A stretch of 64,000 nt of DNA, taken from NCBI RefSeq assembly GCF_006345805.1, contig NC_043006.1:73470001-73534000 (forward strand), in the 5' to 3' direction. The notes below the pieces were generated by a model. The model saw nothing but the letters and a program-made list of their open reading frames with translations, ran no database searches and was not told the origin of the DNA. The first letter of the stretch is position 1. Every line of letters begins with the position of its first letter. This document shows positions 39,050-58,348 of this stretch, one piece after another. The stretch is from Octopus sinensis. Lineage: Eukaryota. The position numbers and the translations under genes are program-made.

Positions 39050-42000
39050 GGGAAAACTATGCCCGGAGATAAAACTATCAACAAAAATATACAGACGAAT
39101 ACAGATCGGCTAGCCTTAAGAAGCTGCGCTACGAACAATGTTTACGTGCAGAGAATCCTAAACTGACTGATCCGTCTCTTAATGTAAGAGTCGAAGCTCG
39201 TCATGCTTCAATGTCAACAAAACAACCTACAATCCGCGATGGTCGGCGAGCGGACTACAAAAGACCACGTACCCGAAAATTGGACCAAAGTCTGATTGAA
39301 AAATCAGCTACTGGATCAAATCTTCCCGACACACAGGAGCTGGACGTACCCCGCAACTGGAATATTCCAACAGATGGCCATCCATGCTCGTCACCAAACA
39401 CTCAAAAGAAAAAGAAGGAAAAATGGACTAGGGAAGATAATAAAGAAGTTCTTGCGGCCTTCTACCATGCCATATATTTCCCCACAGATAAATCGAACAC
39501 TATACAAACCTACATAAACTGGAGACAGAAACACCCTGAAGTAAGACCCCTACATAGACAGTAACAAACTTGCCAACGTCAGAAGAAACATTATAAAAAA
39601 AAATTACTGACTGAAGTAGAGATTGATCAAGTTAGACAAGCAGTAACGGATAGAATGAACGAAGCTGCAGCTAAAGAAGATAATACAGAGGAAATAATTA
39701 TAGACCAGCCCAGAGCTGATAAAAACGAAGTAAGGATTGAAAGAGTTAGTATAAGTGATATACTCCCTGAACCAAATATAAACACTAAGACAGATGAACA
39801 TCAAATAGATGAAGAAAGTCACACAAATATTGATCCGACAGAACTACATGAGCTAAAAAGTCAAATCATGATTGAATGACTGAAAATTAAAGAAACCAGT
39901 ATGGATGAACGTGATACACTCCCTAAAATCCGCAACTCTAACCAAAACATGAAAATAATTGGTAAAACCCGGCTTGCACTTAAGGATATAATTTCAGCTT
40001 ATGATGTTGATATCACAGATCTCAACCACCTATACTATGCATCCGCGAAAATCTCAACGATCCTATGTGGTGAAAAGATTAGAAAACGGCAACATTTCCA
40101 CAAAAAGCCTTCTTGGCAAGAGCGTTTGCAACAACAAATTAAACTATTTAGATCTGACATTGAATATTTGAAAAACCTTAGGGTTCATAAGACTACCAAA
40201 CCTACAAAAACCCCAAAACTAATGAAAAAATATAATATGAAAACTATACTTGATATTGATGCCACCATAAAAACCATCAAGCAAAAGGTATCTGCTAAAG
40301 CTGCCCGCATAGCGAGGTATGAAAAGCGTGTTAGATTCTTCAGGGAAAACAACATGTTCAAAAATAACCCCAAAAATGTTTACAGGAAGATAGGAAAAAC
40401 ACCAGTTACTGTAAAGTCTGTACCATCAAAAGAAGTGCAGGGATTTTGGAATAAAATTTGGGCAGAAGAAAAAACACACAGCGAAAAGGCCCCCTGGATT
40501 GATAGAATATCTAAAGAACTGGACTCCTTAGAAGAGCAAAAGTGGGAGGGTGTCAAGGTAGAAGACATAAGATCTGCTCTCAGGAGGTCAAGCAAATGGA
40601 AGTCTCCAGGAAAGGATAAAATCCCTAACTTCTGGTTGAATGCCTTCCCAGAGAGCCATGAACTGCTAACAGAATTGTACAATGATGTTTTGCAACACCC
40701 TAGTAGGATGCCTCCTTGGCTAGTTAATGGGTTAACATTCCTGCTTCCAAAACGTGAAGAAACAAATGAACCAAAAAACTATAGACCCATAACCTGTATA
40801 AAACACTAACATCTGTCCTGACGGAACATACCTTTAGTTTTTTGACAGACAGCAGCATATTCCCTAATGAACAGAAATGATGTAAACGTGGATCCTACGG
40901 TTGTAAAGATCAACTACTCATCAATAAGATGATCTTAGAAGATTGTCACAAACGACACAAAAACTTATCAATAGCCTGGATAGACTATAAAAAGGCTTTT
41001 GATAGCCTACCACATAGCTGGATTAAGAAATGCCTAGAAATGTATAAAATAGCACCTGCTCTGCGAAACTTTTTGTCTGTAAGTATGAGATCATGGAGAA
41101 CCACACTAACTTGAACAGTGACAATGCATCTCTAAATGCTGGTGATGTAAAAATCTCATGTGGCATTTTCCAGGGTGACTCACTATCACCACTCCTCTTC
41201 TGTTTAGCCTTAATACCTCTCTCAAAACTGCTCATGACGCGCAGTACGGATATAAAATGTTTGATAAAAATATAATCATCTCATTTACATGGATGATTTA
41301 AGCTCTTTGCAAAAAATGACCAACAACTCAAGGGCTTACTAGCGATTGTCAAACAATTCAGTGATGACATCAGAATGCAATTTGGCCTCGATAAGTGTGC
41401 AAAAGCTACCTTTATCAAAGAAAAAAAATGACAGAACCATCTAACGTTAACCTTGACCAGCAGAATGTCATAAAATAATTAGACCCCGGAGAACTACAAG
41501 TATCTAGGGGTAATTGAAGGAGACGGAATAAGGCATTCAGAGATGAAGGAAAGGATCAGGAGAGAATGTTATCGCAGAGTAAGAGCAATACTCAAGACAG
41601 AGCTGAAACAGGATCGAAGCGATCAATGCATTAGCCATACCAGTCGTGACTTACAGTTACAATATCGTTAACTGGTCAATTACTGAAATATGTAACCTTG
41701 ACAGAAAAATACGAAAACTGTTGACAATGCATAGAATGCACCACCCTAAGGTAGATACAGAACGACTTTATCTGCCAAGAAAAGAGGGAGGCCGTGGACT
41801 TTTACAACTGGCAATAAGAATGAAGATTGCTACAATTGGCCTAGACACCTACCTGAAAAACTCTGAGGACTGGATGTTAAAACTTGTCTCAAAACATGAA
41901 AACAAGAAAGCATCATACTCAGTAACAAAACAGGCAAAGGAATATCTAAGTGAATTCTGAATACAACAAATTTCGGAATTAGAGATAGACATATAAGAAA

Positions 42001-43027
42001 CAGGCACAGTAAAAGCTAAGCGCATGAAAACCCGTGCTAAATCTGCGGCCTTAGATATTCTGAATGATAAATGGCAAGAAAAACCTCTCTATGGCAAATA
42101 CCCAAAGAGAGCGAATAATGCAGATGTTGACAAAGCCCTGACCCATCAATGGCTAAAGGCCTCTGGCTTAAAATTTGAAACAGACGGGTTTATCATAGCA
42201 GCTCAAGATCAATGCCTACCAACAAGAAACTACCTGGCCAACATATTAAAGATCAGCAGCAGTCCAACGTGTCGTGTATGCCGACAACAAAATGAAACCA
42301 TAGATCATGTGGTCTCCAAGTGCAGTCTTCTAGCGCCTACAGAGTATCTCAACAGGCACGATAGAGCTGCACATTATATTCACTGGGTAATCTGCAAAAA
42401 CCTGGATTTGCCCCATGAAAAAAACTGGTGGGAATACAAACCACCCCCAGTGCTTGAAAATGACCATATCTCACTCCTCTGGAACTTCACCATTCAAACT
42501 GACAGAAAGATAGATGCAAATAGGCCAGACATCATATTGAAAGACTTCAAACAAGGAACATGCCTCCTCATTGATATGACTGTCCCAATCGATATAAACG
42601 TATCTGTCAAGACCTACCAAAAACTGAGCAAATATAAAAATCTTGAAATAGAAATCAGCAAAATGCGGAACCTGAAGACTAAAACAATATCTGTTGTCAT
42701 AGGTGCCCTGGGAATGATAGCAAAAGGGGCTGATAACTACCTAACTCAGATACCAGGAAACCCCAAAATGGCAGAAATTCAAAAGATAGTGCTCATGAGA
42801 ACTGCTCATATCCTACGCAAAATACTTTCTATGTAATCTCAAGGTTTAAAACAAACATTTTCTTTTCTTTTTTTTTTTTTAGACATCCACCAGTACAACA
42901 CAAAAAACAACCAAATATATGGCACACTAGGCATAACAACAACGTGAACTTCCAACCTGTTGTCTCTTGAGGTCTCCGGGTGAGACTTGGAGCCAACTTG
43001 TACAAATATAAAGCAAAAGTCAAACAT
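39050..43027 (+). mobile_element. Near-full-length R4/Dong-clade non-LTR retrotransposon flanked by (TAA)n
   Basis: Single long degenerate ORF with RT, CCHC and RLE motifs; (TAA)n on both sides, the known Dong target. Confidence 0.88.
39211..42836 (+). pseudogene. Disrupted RT-RLE polyprotein of the R4/Dong element
   Basis: [54 protein letters not shown] (about 41287), CRVC..ETIDHVVSKC, RHD, RPDI, KLSKY; several stops and frameshifts. Confidence 0.88.
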
Positions 43028-43069
43028 ATAATAATAGTAATAATAATAATAATAATGATAATAATAATG

Positions 43070-43109
<40 letters not shown>

Positions 43110-43265
43110 TAAAGAGAACAAGAGCACTCAGACAGCGCAACCCCGCCCGCCAAAGCAACACCAACGTCATCTCAACGATTAAAATGAGGATATCTGAAAT
43201 AAACTCGACTAATCTCACAAACGACAATACTGAAAATGAACACGATCGCTCTCAAAAAGGCGGAG

Positions 43266-43306
<41 letters not shown>

Positions 43307-43309
43307 TTG

Positions 43310-43880
43310 AAATCTTTGCCACGAGGGCAGCTTGGAGGAGGGGATCAAGTCGATTACATCGATCCCAGTGCGTAACTGGTACTTAATTTATAGACGTTGA
43401 AAGGATGAAAGGCAAAGTCGACTTAGGTAGAATTTGAACTCAGAACGTAGCGACGCACGAAATACTACTAAGCATTTCGCCCGGCGCACTAACGTTTATA
43501 CGCGCCGGACAAAAAAATTGTATTTTGTCAGTCTTTACGTTCTGAGTTCAAATTCCACCGAGGTCGACTTTGCATTAAAAATTTTTTTTCAGGATTGATA
43601 AAAAATATATTCCAATAAAGCCCTGGGGTCGATGTAATTGACTTAGCCCCTTCCCGAATTTGCTTGTCCAAAACGGCGAGCTGGCAGAATCGTTAACACG
43701 CTGGGCAAAATGCTTAGCGCTATTTCGTCCGTCTTTACGTTCTAAGTTCAAATTCCTTCGAGGTCCACTTTGCTTTTTATCCTTTCGGGATCGATAAAAT
43801 AAAGTTAAGCACTGGGGTCGATGTAATTAACTTAGTCCGTCCCCCGAATTTGCTGGTCTAGTGCCAAAATTTGTAACCGA
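43310..43880. mobile_element. SINE family B cluster: one minus-strand copy (about 43310-43500) followed by plus-strand copies
   Basis: aaaggatgaaaggcaaagtcgac...ttgaactcagaacgta and forward ttacgttctgagttcaaattcc. Confidence 0.7.
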
Positions 43881-44506
43881 TATGACATTTGTTCATTATG
43901 TTCAAGATGGCATGCAGTAAAATCGAACCCAGGACTGCATGGCTGCAAAAAGAACTTCTGAACTACGAAGCCATGTTTGTTTGCTTTCAGACAAATTGTA
44001 CTAGCACTTGTACAAATAAAACACACACAAGCTCATACATGTGCAGAGAATATTTACATATGCGAACTATATACATATGTGTGTGTGTGTGTGTGTGTGC
44101 GTGCTTGTGTGCATATTCGTTGAAAGATCACAAAATCACAAAAGTACTACAGTCTTAGCATCATTGATTTTTCCGTCACTTTTCCATTTGGAACTGATGA
44201 ATATTCATCTATTCATCCAGTTCTTTGGTCGTATAAGTACATACGGTCATTGATCAATGTATATATTAACACTTGACAAATATAGGAAATGTAGTTACAT
44301 GTTCACTAATCTACATCTATACAAATGAGCCATCTTGTAAAGTACACATCCTCATTCATTCATTCATTCATTTAACAGACGACAATAAACGTCTGCATGG
44401 ATAATTTAATGGATCTCTAATGCAAAGGGAACGGAGTTCATATCCCGATGGAGATAATGTTTTATGTGTTGGAGAAGGAATAAAATTACACAGTTAAGTT
44501 AATGTT

Positions 44507-44553
<47 letters not shown>

Positions 44554-44606
44554 TATATATATATATATGTACACTTTATTTAAAAGTAACAGAAATATAA
44601 CAAAAG

Positions 44607-44644
44607 CTGTTACTCAAAGTTTCACGTTCCCGTTTGTCGGACAG
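44607..44644 (-). ncRNA. Degenerate hammerhead-like motif in a ~90-bp insertion between (TA)n tracts
   Basis: Minus strand CUGU-CCGACAA-ACG(GGAA)CGU-GAAAC-UUUGA-GUA-ACAG; the core deviates at positions 4 and 8. Confidence 0.5.
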
Positions 44645-44693
44645 TTTTGTTAACATATATATATATATATATATACATATAGACACACATACA

Positions 44694-46400
44694 CTAGCAA
44701 TGCATCGCGGCGTTGCCCGGGTGTTATGACCTACAGCCATATTGTATTATTTTATTATTTGTTCCTTTCTTATGGACAAAATCGTCACAGCTGATATATA
44801 GTGGACTGCATTACTGGCGGAATGGAAGTTATTGTTTGATTAGAAGTGAAGGGGCGGGGGTACAATTTTCATTCATTTGCATGAAAGTGCATTCTGGTCT
44901 TAAGAAGGATCACAAACTATGTATTGCTTCATTGTATAAAAGAGGGTTAATACGATTTTGCCCCAAAATCACGTTTTCAAAATTTTTGTTTCCCCCCACC
45001 CCCACCGCAATTCATCAATTTGTAACTTTTTTACAAATTTTTTTGTCCATGTAGAAACACAGAGACTACGAATCTGGGAAATATATTTTATTTTAAAGTG
45101 TAATTTTTCTTCATTAAACACTGAATGCCCTTTCCCCTACTTCACCAACCCATCACCTACCCGCTTTCAAAAAGCTAAAAACAGCCAATGTTTCACTTTT
45201 GTTTGATGTTTCACGTATGCGTAGAATTGTACTGAAATAGCAGACGTAAAGAAATATTATAGTACCACCAGAAAACCCAACATGCTATAAACAACAGGTA
45301 AATGACGTTGTTTCTGAAGAAAATTCCCCGCTTTCTAAAAAGCTAAAAGTGAAACATTGGGAGTTTGTAGCTTTTTGAAAATGTTCAGGTGATGCGTGGA
45401 TGTTTGGGAAAGAGATTTTAGTGTTTCTTTATATAAAAAAAAGAAAATTCTTAAAGATTCGTACTCTCTTTTTTTATTCGGTGAATTATCAAGAAAAAAG
45501 TTCGTAAAAAGTAAAAAATGAAGAAATTGGGATGGGAAGGGAGAAAATAAAAATATTGAGAACGAACTTTTTGGGCGAAATCCTAATTTCCTGTATTGAA
45601 AACATAGGAATCGGAAGAAATTTAGGAAAAAAATCAGCGGGGAGGTGGCGAGGGTGGGAGCACAAATATCATCTCGGATATACTAAAAACAACAGGTAAA
45701 GGACAGGAATTGTGGGAGAACTTCCTTTAAAATTTATATCGAAGATCAGGTTTTTAAATGCACACGAATTACAGAAAATAAGGGGATTTCAATGGGATGT
45801 GAGCTGTAATTTTGCGCTTGCACATAGCAAGACATAACATAATTCATACAAAAGTTTTACCTAGTGTGTGTGTGTATGTGCGTGTGCATGTGTGCGTGCG
45901 TGTGTATGTGTGTGAAAGAGAAAGTGGTGTATGTGAGAGGGAGAAAGTGGTATGTGTTGTCATGTATGTATTTTTGCATGTATAAGTGACGACTTTCTCT
46001 TTCTCTCTCTCTCTCACGCACATACATCTTTCATGCACACGTAAATAAATACATACGCATACATCTTCTTTGTATGTATGAGTGCATGTGCACGCGTGAG
46101 AGAAAGTTAGTGACTGTATTTCCTCATAACGTATAGACAAATGGATGTCTTTTAAGGTACACGCTCATATAGAAAATATGACATCATCGTCGCCGTGGTA
46201 TAAAATGTCGTTTAGGATAGTTGAATTATAGAAAGATTATAATGTTAAATTTTTGTAATGCAAATATGCGAATAAAACTAAAGTTTATTTGTTAACCGAA
46301 AGATTACTGAATCTTTTGATACCTCACACGTCAAAACCGACAACTCACTTTTCGAATGTATACGTTAATTTCTGTAATAAGTTTTTATACCTTTATGCTT
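44694..46400 (-). mobile_element. Non-autonomous Helitron-like element (3' end at 44694; far end uncertain)
   Basis: The minus strand ends cccgggcaacgccgcg...gCTAG|t (GC hairpin + CTAG). Internal inverted repeat, about 44953-45210 versus 45345-45582. Confidence 0.55.
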
Positions 46401-46718
46401 TGAAGAGAGCAGAAATTGAAACAGAAGAGAAAGTGAAACTGCGACATTTGCTTTGAAATAAAAACAAAGAGTGAAAGATATATGTATGTGTATATGAAAT
46501 GGATGTTTGTCTGTGTGTGTGCGTATGTGTGTGCGTTTGGGCGTCTACGTGAGAGAGAAAGAGAGGGAGAGTGAAAGTGTGTATTTTCATGTATGTGCAA
46601 GCGACACTCACTCGGTCCATCTTTCTGTCTCTCTCTCTCTGTCACACACACACACACACACACACACCTTACATATACATAAATACATATGCATACATCC
46701 TTTTTGTATACATGTATT

Positions 46719-47106
46719 CCGTTTGATAATCTGACTAGAGGCAATGCAAACGGAAACTAGAGGAACATAATTAATAAACACACACAATATCAAATATATA
46801 TATATATTCTACATTTATAAAACTGATATAAAAATTCCAAATATATAAATATAAAAATACATATAAATAGATAAATATCGATATGTTGGATAAAACAGTG
46901 AATTTTAGATTTAAAAGTTACAATACATTGGTGTAATAAAAAATTGAGATGATAAAACATTAAAAGGACGTACTAAAATACCACGAAAATATTACAAAAG
47001 TGTAATATTTATAATGTAGAAAAAAAAATATTTTTGATTTTGTGTGTGGTTATTAATTATGTTCCTCTATTTTCTGCTTGCATTGCCTCCATTCAGATTA
47101 TTAAAC

Positions 47107-47108
<2 letters not shown>
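46719..47108. mobile_element. MITE-like element with diverged terminal inverted repeats of about 80 bp
   Basis: gataatctga..gaggcaatgcaa..tagaggaacataattaataa versus ttattaattatgttcctcta..ttgcattgcctc..tcagattat. Confidence 0.65.
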
Positions 47109-47188
<80 letters not shown>

Positions 47189-47413
47189 ATATATATATAT
47201 ATATATAGGTTAAGCGTAAATTCAAGGTGTTATATATGCAACATTGATTCTCTTATATATTTATATATTTTTATAAATGAATATATGAATATATGTATGT
47301 GTTTGATGTTTCTGTGGATTTTGTAGTGTTCTTGTAGTTGCTGCTCGCATTGCCACCCCTCGGATTAAAAAGTGTGTGTATATATATATATATAAATAAA
47401 TAAATACAAAAAT

Positions 47414-47462
<49 letters not shown>

Positions 47463-47463
<1 letters not shown>

Positions 47464-47752
47464 GGAGGTGCAATGGCCCAGTGGTTAGGGCAGCGGTCGT
47501 AGGATCGTGGTTTCGATTCCCAGGCCGGGCGTTGTGAGTGTTTATTGAGCGAAAACACCTAAAAGCTCCACGATGCTCCGGCAGGGGGTGGTGATCCCTG
47601 CTGTACTCTTTCACCACTCTTTCTCCCACTCTTTCTTCTGTTGGCCTGCTCGCTTAGCCAGCGGGGTGGAGTCATTCGAAAGCTAAAACAATGCGAACGC
47701 ATTGTGACCAGCGATGTGTAACAACATCTGATGGTCTTGTCGGTCACGGGAT

Positions 47753-47760
<8 letters not shown>
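47463..47760 (+). mobile_element. SINE family C
   Basis: ggaggtgcaatggcccagtggttagggcagcgg head. Confidence 0.75.
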
Positions 47761-47796
<36 letters not shown>

Positions 47797-48562
47797 AAGG
47801 TATGTAGAAAAATACAACATGGACAAGAACGTATAACTCTTAGAAGACGACACAATAAACAAGGACAGGACATTCGAACCCCTCAGTCTTCAGTCAAGAA
47901 CCGGATCATCGTAGTAATTTCGGCTGATTAATCTTGAGATTACTAGATCACGGCCAGCCCTCCAAGAAAAACTAAGCAACGAGCATTAGAAAAACTAAGC
48001 TGGAAGCGTAGATTTCCTGGAAGAAGGATCGAATGCATACGAACACCAGGACAGCAAAAGGGACAGATATAAAAAAACAAAAAACAATAATGGAATACAG
48101 AAACATGAAATACAGAAGCATTAACGGTGAAAAACAAGTGTCTTACGACTGATAACAAGCAAACAAATTTTTTCTCTGGCGCATTAGAAGAAGCCTTTAT
48201 AGCGGCGGACGAAAACAACGATGTTAACACGACGAGGGTCAGGAGCTGAAAGGCAGATTTCGGCCAACAGTCACGTGACAGAGAAGAGGGAAAAGAAAAG
48301 AAAGAGAGGCAAAGGAAGAGAGAGAGAGACGAGGGACAAAACGCAACAAAGAGAGAGAAGAGAAGAGAGAGAAAGAAGGGATCAGAGAGGAGAAGGGGGG
48401 GTCGAAGAATGACCTGTGAGTGCAGAGCGAGACAAAGAGAGAGAGAGGGGGACAGATCAAGTAAAAATGAGAGAGAGAGGGAGACAAAAAGACAGTCGTA
48501 CCAATTATTAAGAATATGTGCTCATATATATATATGTAGTGTTGCTGTGTTTACGTTCCTGT

Positions 48563-48825
48563 AACCTGTATAAAACAGTAAATCCCCACCACAAAAAGAA
48601 ACAAAAAACAAAAACGAAGAACAAACACAGCAAAACAAAAACAACAACGCGGGGACGTGGTACATGCAAAGTATTAGCAGACGCGCGGGGAAGGAAAGAA
48701 AGGTAGTTTTATGTTTCGTGCAAAGCTCTTCGTCAGAACCAGGAGACGGAGGAAAGTCCAAGAGAAAAGAAAGACGGAGGAAAAAATTTGCCAACGATCC
48801 ACATGTGGTCACACTCTGAAATATA
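48563..48825 (-). mobile_element. Short PLE-like remnant with a degenerate HHR (48706-48740)
   Basis: Minus strand GGUU-CUGACGA-A-GAGC(UUU)GCAC-GAAAC-AUA-AAAC; same layout as 21495-21530; next to (TA)n. Confidence 0.5.
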
Positions 48826-49208
48826 AATATATATATATTGTCTCAGTTAAATTAGTCTCAACGTATTTAATCCAGCGGTAAAAGATAAATCTAAGAATAA
48901 CAAAAATGCCGTGAATATTTTAATTATGTCGAAATTACTATTGACAACGCCAGACATAATTCTGTTTTATTATGTCCTTAATGAATTTATTCGTGACGGT
49001 GTAAGAAATTAAGCAGTTCAGCGCTAATTCTAAGAACCTAATTTTACAACGAGACTAATGTGTCTGTTAAACAGGAATACATCTTTACTAATTGTCCGTG
49101 TTTTATTGGTATTTTACTAATTGATGTTGTAGTCAAAGTTGTACCATTATGCATGTAGATTTCTGCTACTGTTTTTCGTCAAGGTAGAAGTGAGGGAGAG
49201 AGAGAAAG

Positions 49209-54830
<5,622 letters not shown>

Positions 54831-55109
54831 CGAGAGAGAGAGAGAGAAATGAGAGACTTCTGATGACTGGTGTGCACTTTGAAACTAGTAGAGGGATTGA
54901 TCTTCATTAAAAACTGCCGAAGTATGTACAGGGTCGAATTCAACAAGATTAACTATCAGTTAATGAAATATATGAAAAATGACTGTATACATAGTCACAC
55001 CAAAGCACACACACATAATTATATATATATATATTAATATATATATATATTAATATATATATATGCATAATACATATGCGTGTGTTTAAAAATGCATTTA
55101 TGCGCATGC

Positions 55110-55288
55110 GTCGCTGCGTATTAAGAAGTTTGCTTCCCAACCACATGGTTCCGGGTTCAGTCCCACTGCGTAGCACCTTTGCAAGCGTCTTCTAATATAG
55201 CTTTGAGCCGATTAAAACCTTGTGAGTGGATTTGATAGACAGAAACTGAAAGAAGCTCGTCGTTTGTATGTATATATATATATATGGA

Positions 55289-55330
<42 letters not shown>

Positions 55331-55730
55331 TTTTCAACAAAGTAAACAACAGGTTGTACTGTACGCCCTACACATGATTTACATATATATGTATATATGT
55401 ATATATGTATATATATATATATATATATATACTCACATGTGTATATTCATGTGTGTGTGTATGTATATATATGTATATGTATGTATGTGTGTGTATGCAC
55501 ACACACACACACATATATATGCGTGCGTGTGTGTCTGCACTTGTCTCCACCACCCCTTGACTAGCAGTGTTGCTGTGTTTAGGTCCCTGTAACCTAGAGG
55601 TTCAACAAAGGAGCCGATAAAATACAAAGCAGGCTTAAAAGCTATAAGTACTTGGGTCGATTCATTTGATTAATACTTCTTGGCGGTGCCCGAGCATGGT
55701 CGCAGCCTGACAAGTGAGATATATAAAAGT
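55110..55730 (+). mobile_element. Degenerate SINE family A with expanded internal microsatellite
   Basis: gcttcccaaccacatggttccgggttcagtcccactgcg head; tail near 55560-55720. Confidence 0.7.
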
Positions 55731-56046
55731 TAAATCACACACACACACACAAATATATATATGCATGTATGTACACATATGTACACATACATAAGCACAC
55801 ATGCGTGCAAACACACAGATACACACGCACACATGTACTGACACACAGATATATTACAACCTGAAAAATCCTGCCCGTCTTAAGGTACTTTGTGCAACTA
55901 ATGGTGCCCATATATTGATGTACTGAATGAGACAAAAAAAAAAACTTCGATATCTACTCCTTATTTTGTAATAATTTCCACAGATTTATCTATTTATTTG
56001 CTTTTGTAAGAAATCTTTGAAATTGTAAAGAAACTTTACGGACCCC

Positions 56047-56084
<38 letters not shown>

Positions 56085-56457
56085 CTCATCCTAAATTAAC
56101 AAACACCCTAAGTTAAACACCACATGGATCTCAAACCTCCAAGGTAATTTTTCCAAGAACTATCATTGAACTCGAGATACACAAAGACTTTACAATGTAT
56201 CGGTGTACCTGTTGTTTAATTTTTGTATATGTTTATTATTTGTTTGCAAAAAACAATGTAATTTTCTTTTTTTCCCCTCCTCAATTATACAAAAAATTTC
56301 TTTTCACCTTACAATTCTTTAAAAGTCGCATTGCATCGAAAACCGGTTAGAATTAATATATTTAAAAAAAAAAAAATTTAATTTTCCATACACCCATTTC
56401 CATTGAAATTTACCTTCAATTTAGCATTCTGCCTTTTTATAATTGTTCCTTGCCTAT

Positions 56458-56497
<40 letters not shown>

Positions 56498-56673
56498 GTA
56501 TATATGTATATAACTACGCAACGTTAAAGGTACACTTGTCTGTGTAGCATTCAACCATTTGCACATAAATTTCACGAGCAGGCTTATCTCTTGATTGGAT
56601 CAACTGGAATCCTCGCCTTCGTAACAAATGGAGTACCAAGTAATGTATATGCACGCACGCACACACACACGCA

Positions 56674-56704
<31 letters not shown>

Positions 56705-57022
56705 TACACATATATATTCATGCATATTTATATATTTATATATAGATATGTATATATGGATATATATGGATGTATGAACGTACATATTCATCTATGTATT
56801 CCCAAGGCTTGATTTTATTTCTCGATATAATTTTTCTTGAAAGAACGAAGCCAATGCGGAACCTATTATAATATTGGATTTTGCTGAAGGGATAATTAAC
56901 CACTTCATTTCATTCAATATTTAACTCGGTTATCACTCTCGCTTCGAAGAACATATTCTACCGCCAAAGCTCTTACACTGAGTACACATACAACAACAAC
57001 AACAACAATAATAATGATAGTT

Positions 57023-57058
<36 letters not shown>

Positions 57059-58348
57059 TATCAGACTTTTCTGTAGTCTCAATACTAGTGTTGTTATTGT
57101 TTTGTGTGTATGTGTGTGTATATATATACATAAGTATATATATATATACATACATACACACATATACATACATATATGTGTTGTACATATCTATATACAT
57201 ATATATATTGTACTAAGTGATGATCATATTTTGTATATCTATATAAATACACACAAAACAATAACAACACTAGTATGAAAAGTATATAAATGTCTGATAG
57301 TTATTTTTATTATTATTATTATTGTTATTATCATTATTGTTGTTGTTGTTGTTATCATCATCATAAATGTTAAATCTCCATCGTTATTTCTTCTTGGAAG
57401 CAGAAGACAAGTTGTCTCTGTGTTGTTCAAGTTGTTGAAAGTAATGAAGCAATAAGGAAAAAAAAAAGAAAAAAGAAAACGTGTTTGACTGGAAAATATA
57501 TTTATGGAAAAATGGTGTCTTTGTGATCGATATTCTAATCAGCCATTCATTGAAAGTGAGTTGGAAGTTAGTCAATTCCCAAATTCCTGTTTTCTTTTTA
57601 AGAGTGAAGAATAAATATTTCCTATGTTACTTAGGCTTCCTGACTTTCTACGAATGAGTTTAATGATGCACTTAAAATATCAATTGTCTTCTTATTAGAC
57701 TTTCATTCCAGTTTACCGCTGTTAACGGAAAATACTTATTCAGTTCTATTATGTAAAGAAGACTTAAGAGAGGAGCTGCGTCTACAAGTTGCATGATTGA
57801 ATTTTGATTTTCAGTTGAACAGTAAGGTGTAATCAGCAAATAAAACAGACTATAGTTGTTAGCAGGAGCATATCCAGACGTCTGAATATACCTCTGTAAA
57901 CAACATTGGTTGTTTATTGAAAGCTTTAACAAGACTAGTCAGGTTTCCTTTTCTTCTACCTCTCCTATTTTCATTCTCTTCGTGTGTCATCATTATAGGC
58001 ACCTGCAATCACAGACCTTCATGACTAAATATGAAGATTTAAGATATTTAATGAGAATTTTCCTGTCTTCTGCCAGTCTTGTTACAGGTTTACTCTGCTT
58101 GTCTCCTATCCTAAGCTTACCCTTGAAACACAGAGCTTAATTTCTTAGGCTGGAAGAATGCTTCACGTGACTTTAGAAAATGTTAACGCAACGGATAGGC
58201 CAAAACTTGTCCGAATTCTGTATGTCGAAGCTACATGACCATATTTTGCTATTTGAACCTAACCGAAGTTAGCATTTCGCCCAGCGTACTAACGATTCTG
58301 CCAGTTCGCTGCCTTCATAATAATAATGATAATAATAATAATAATAAT

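Noticed and set aside
47860-47975. Possible HHR in the unclassified repeat at about 47800-48500 (ggctgg...tcagcc-gaaa on the minus strand)
   Set aside because: No CUGANGA-like core in the right place and no helix III or cleavage triplet.
57600-58200. Possible decayed LINE endonuclease on the minus strand (YIQ..YAP)
   Set aside because: Too degenerate to support without a profile search.
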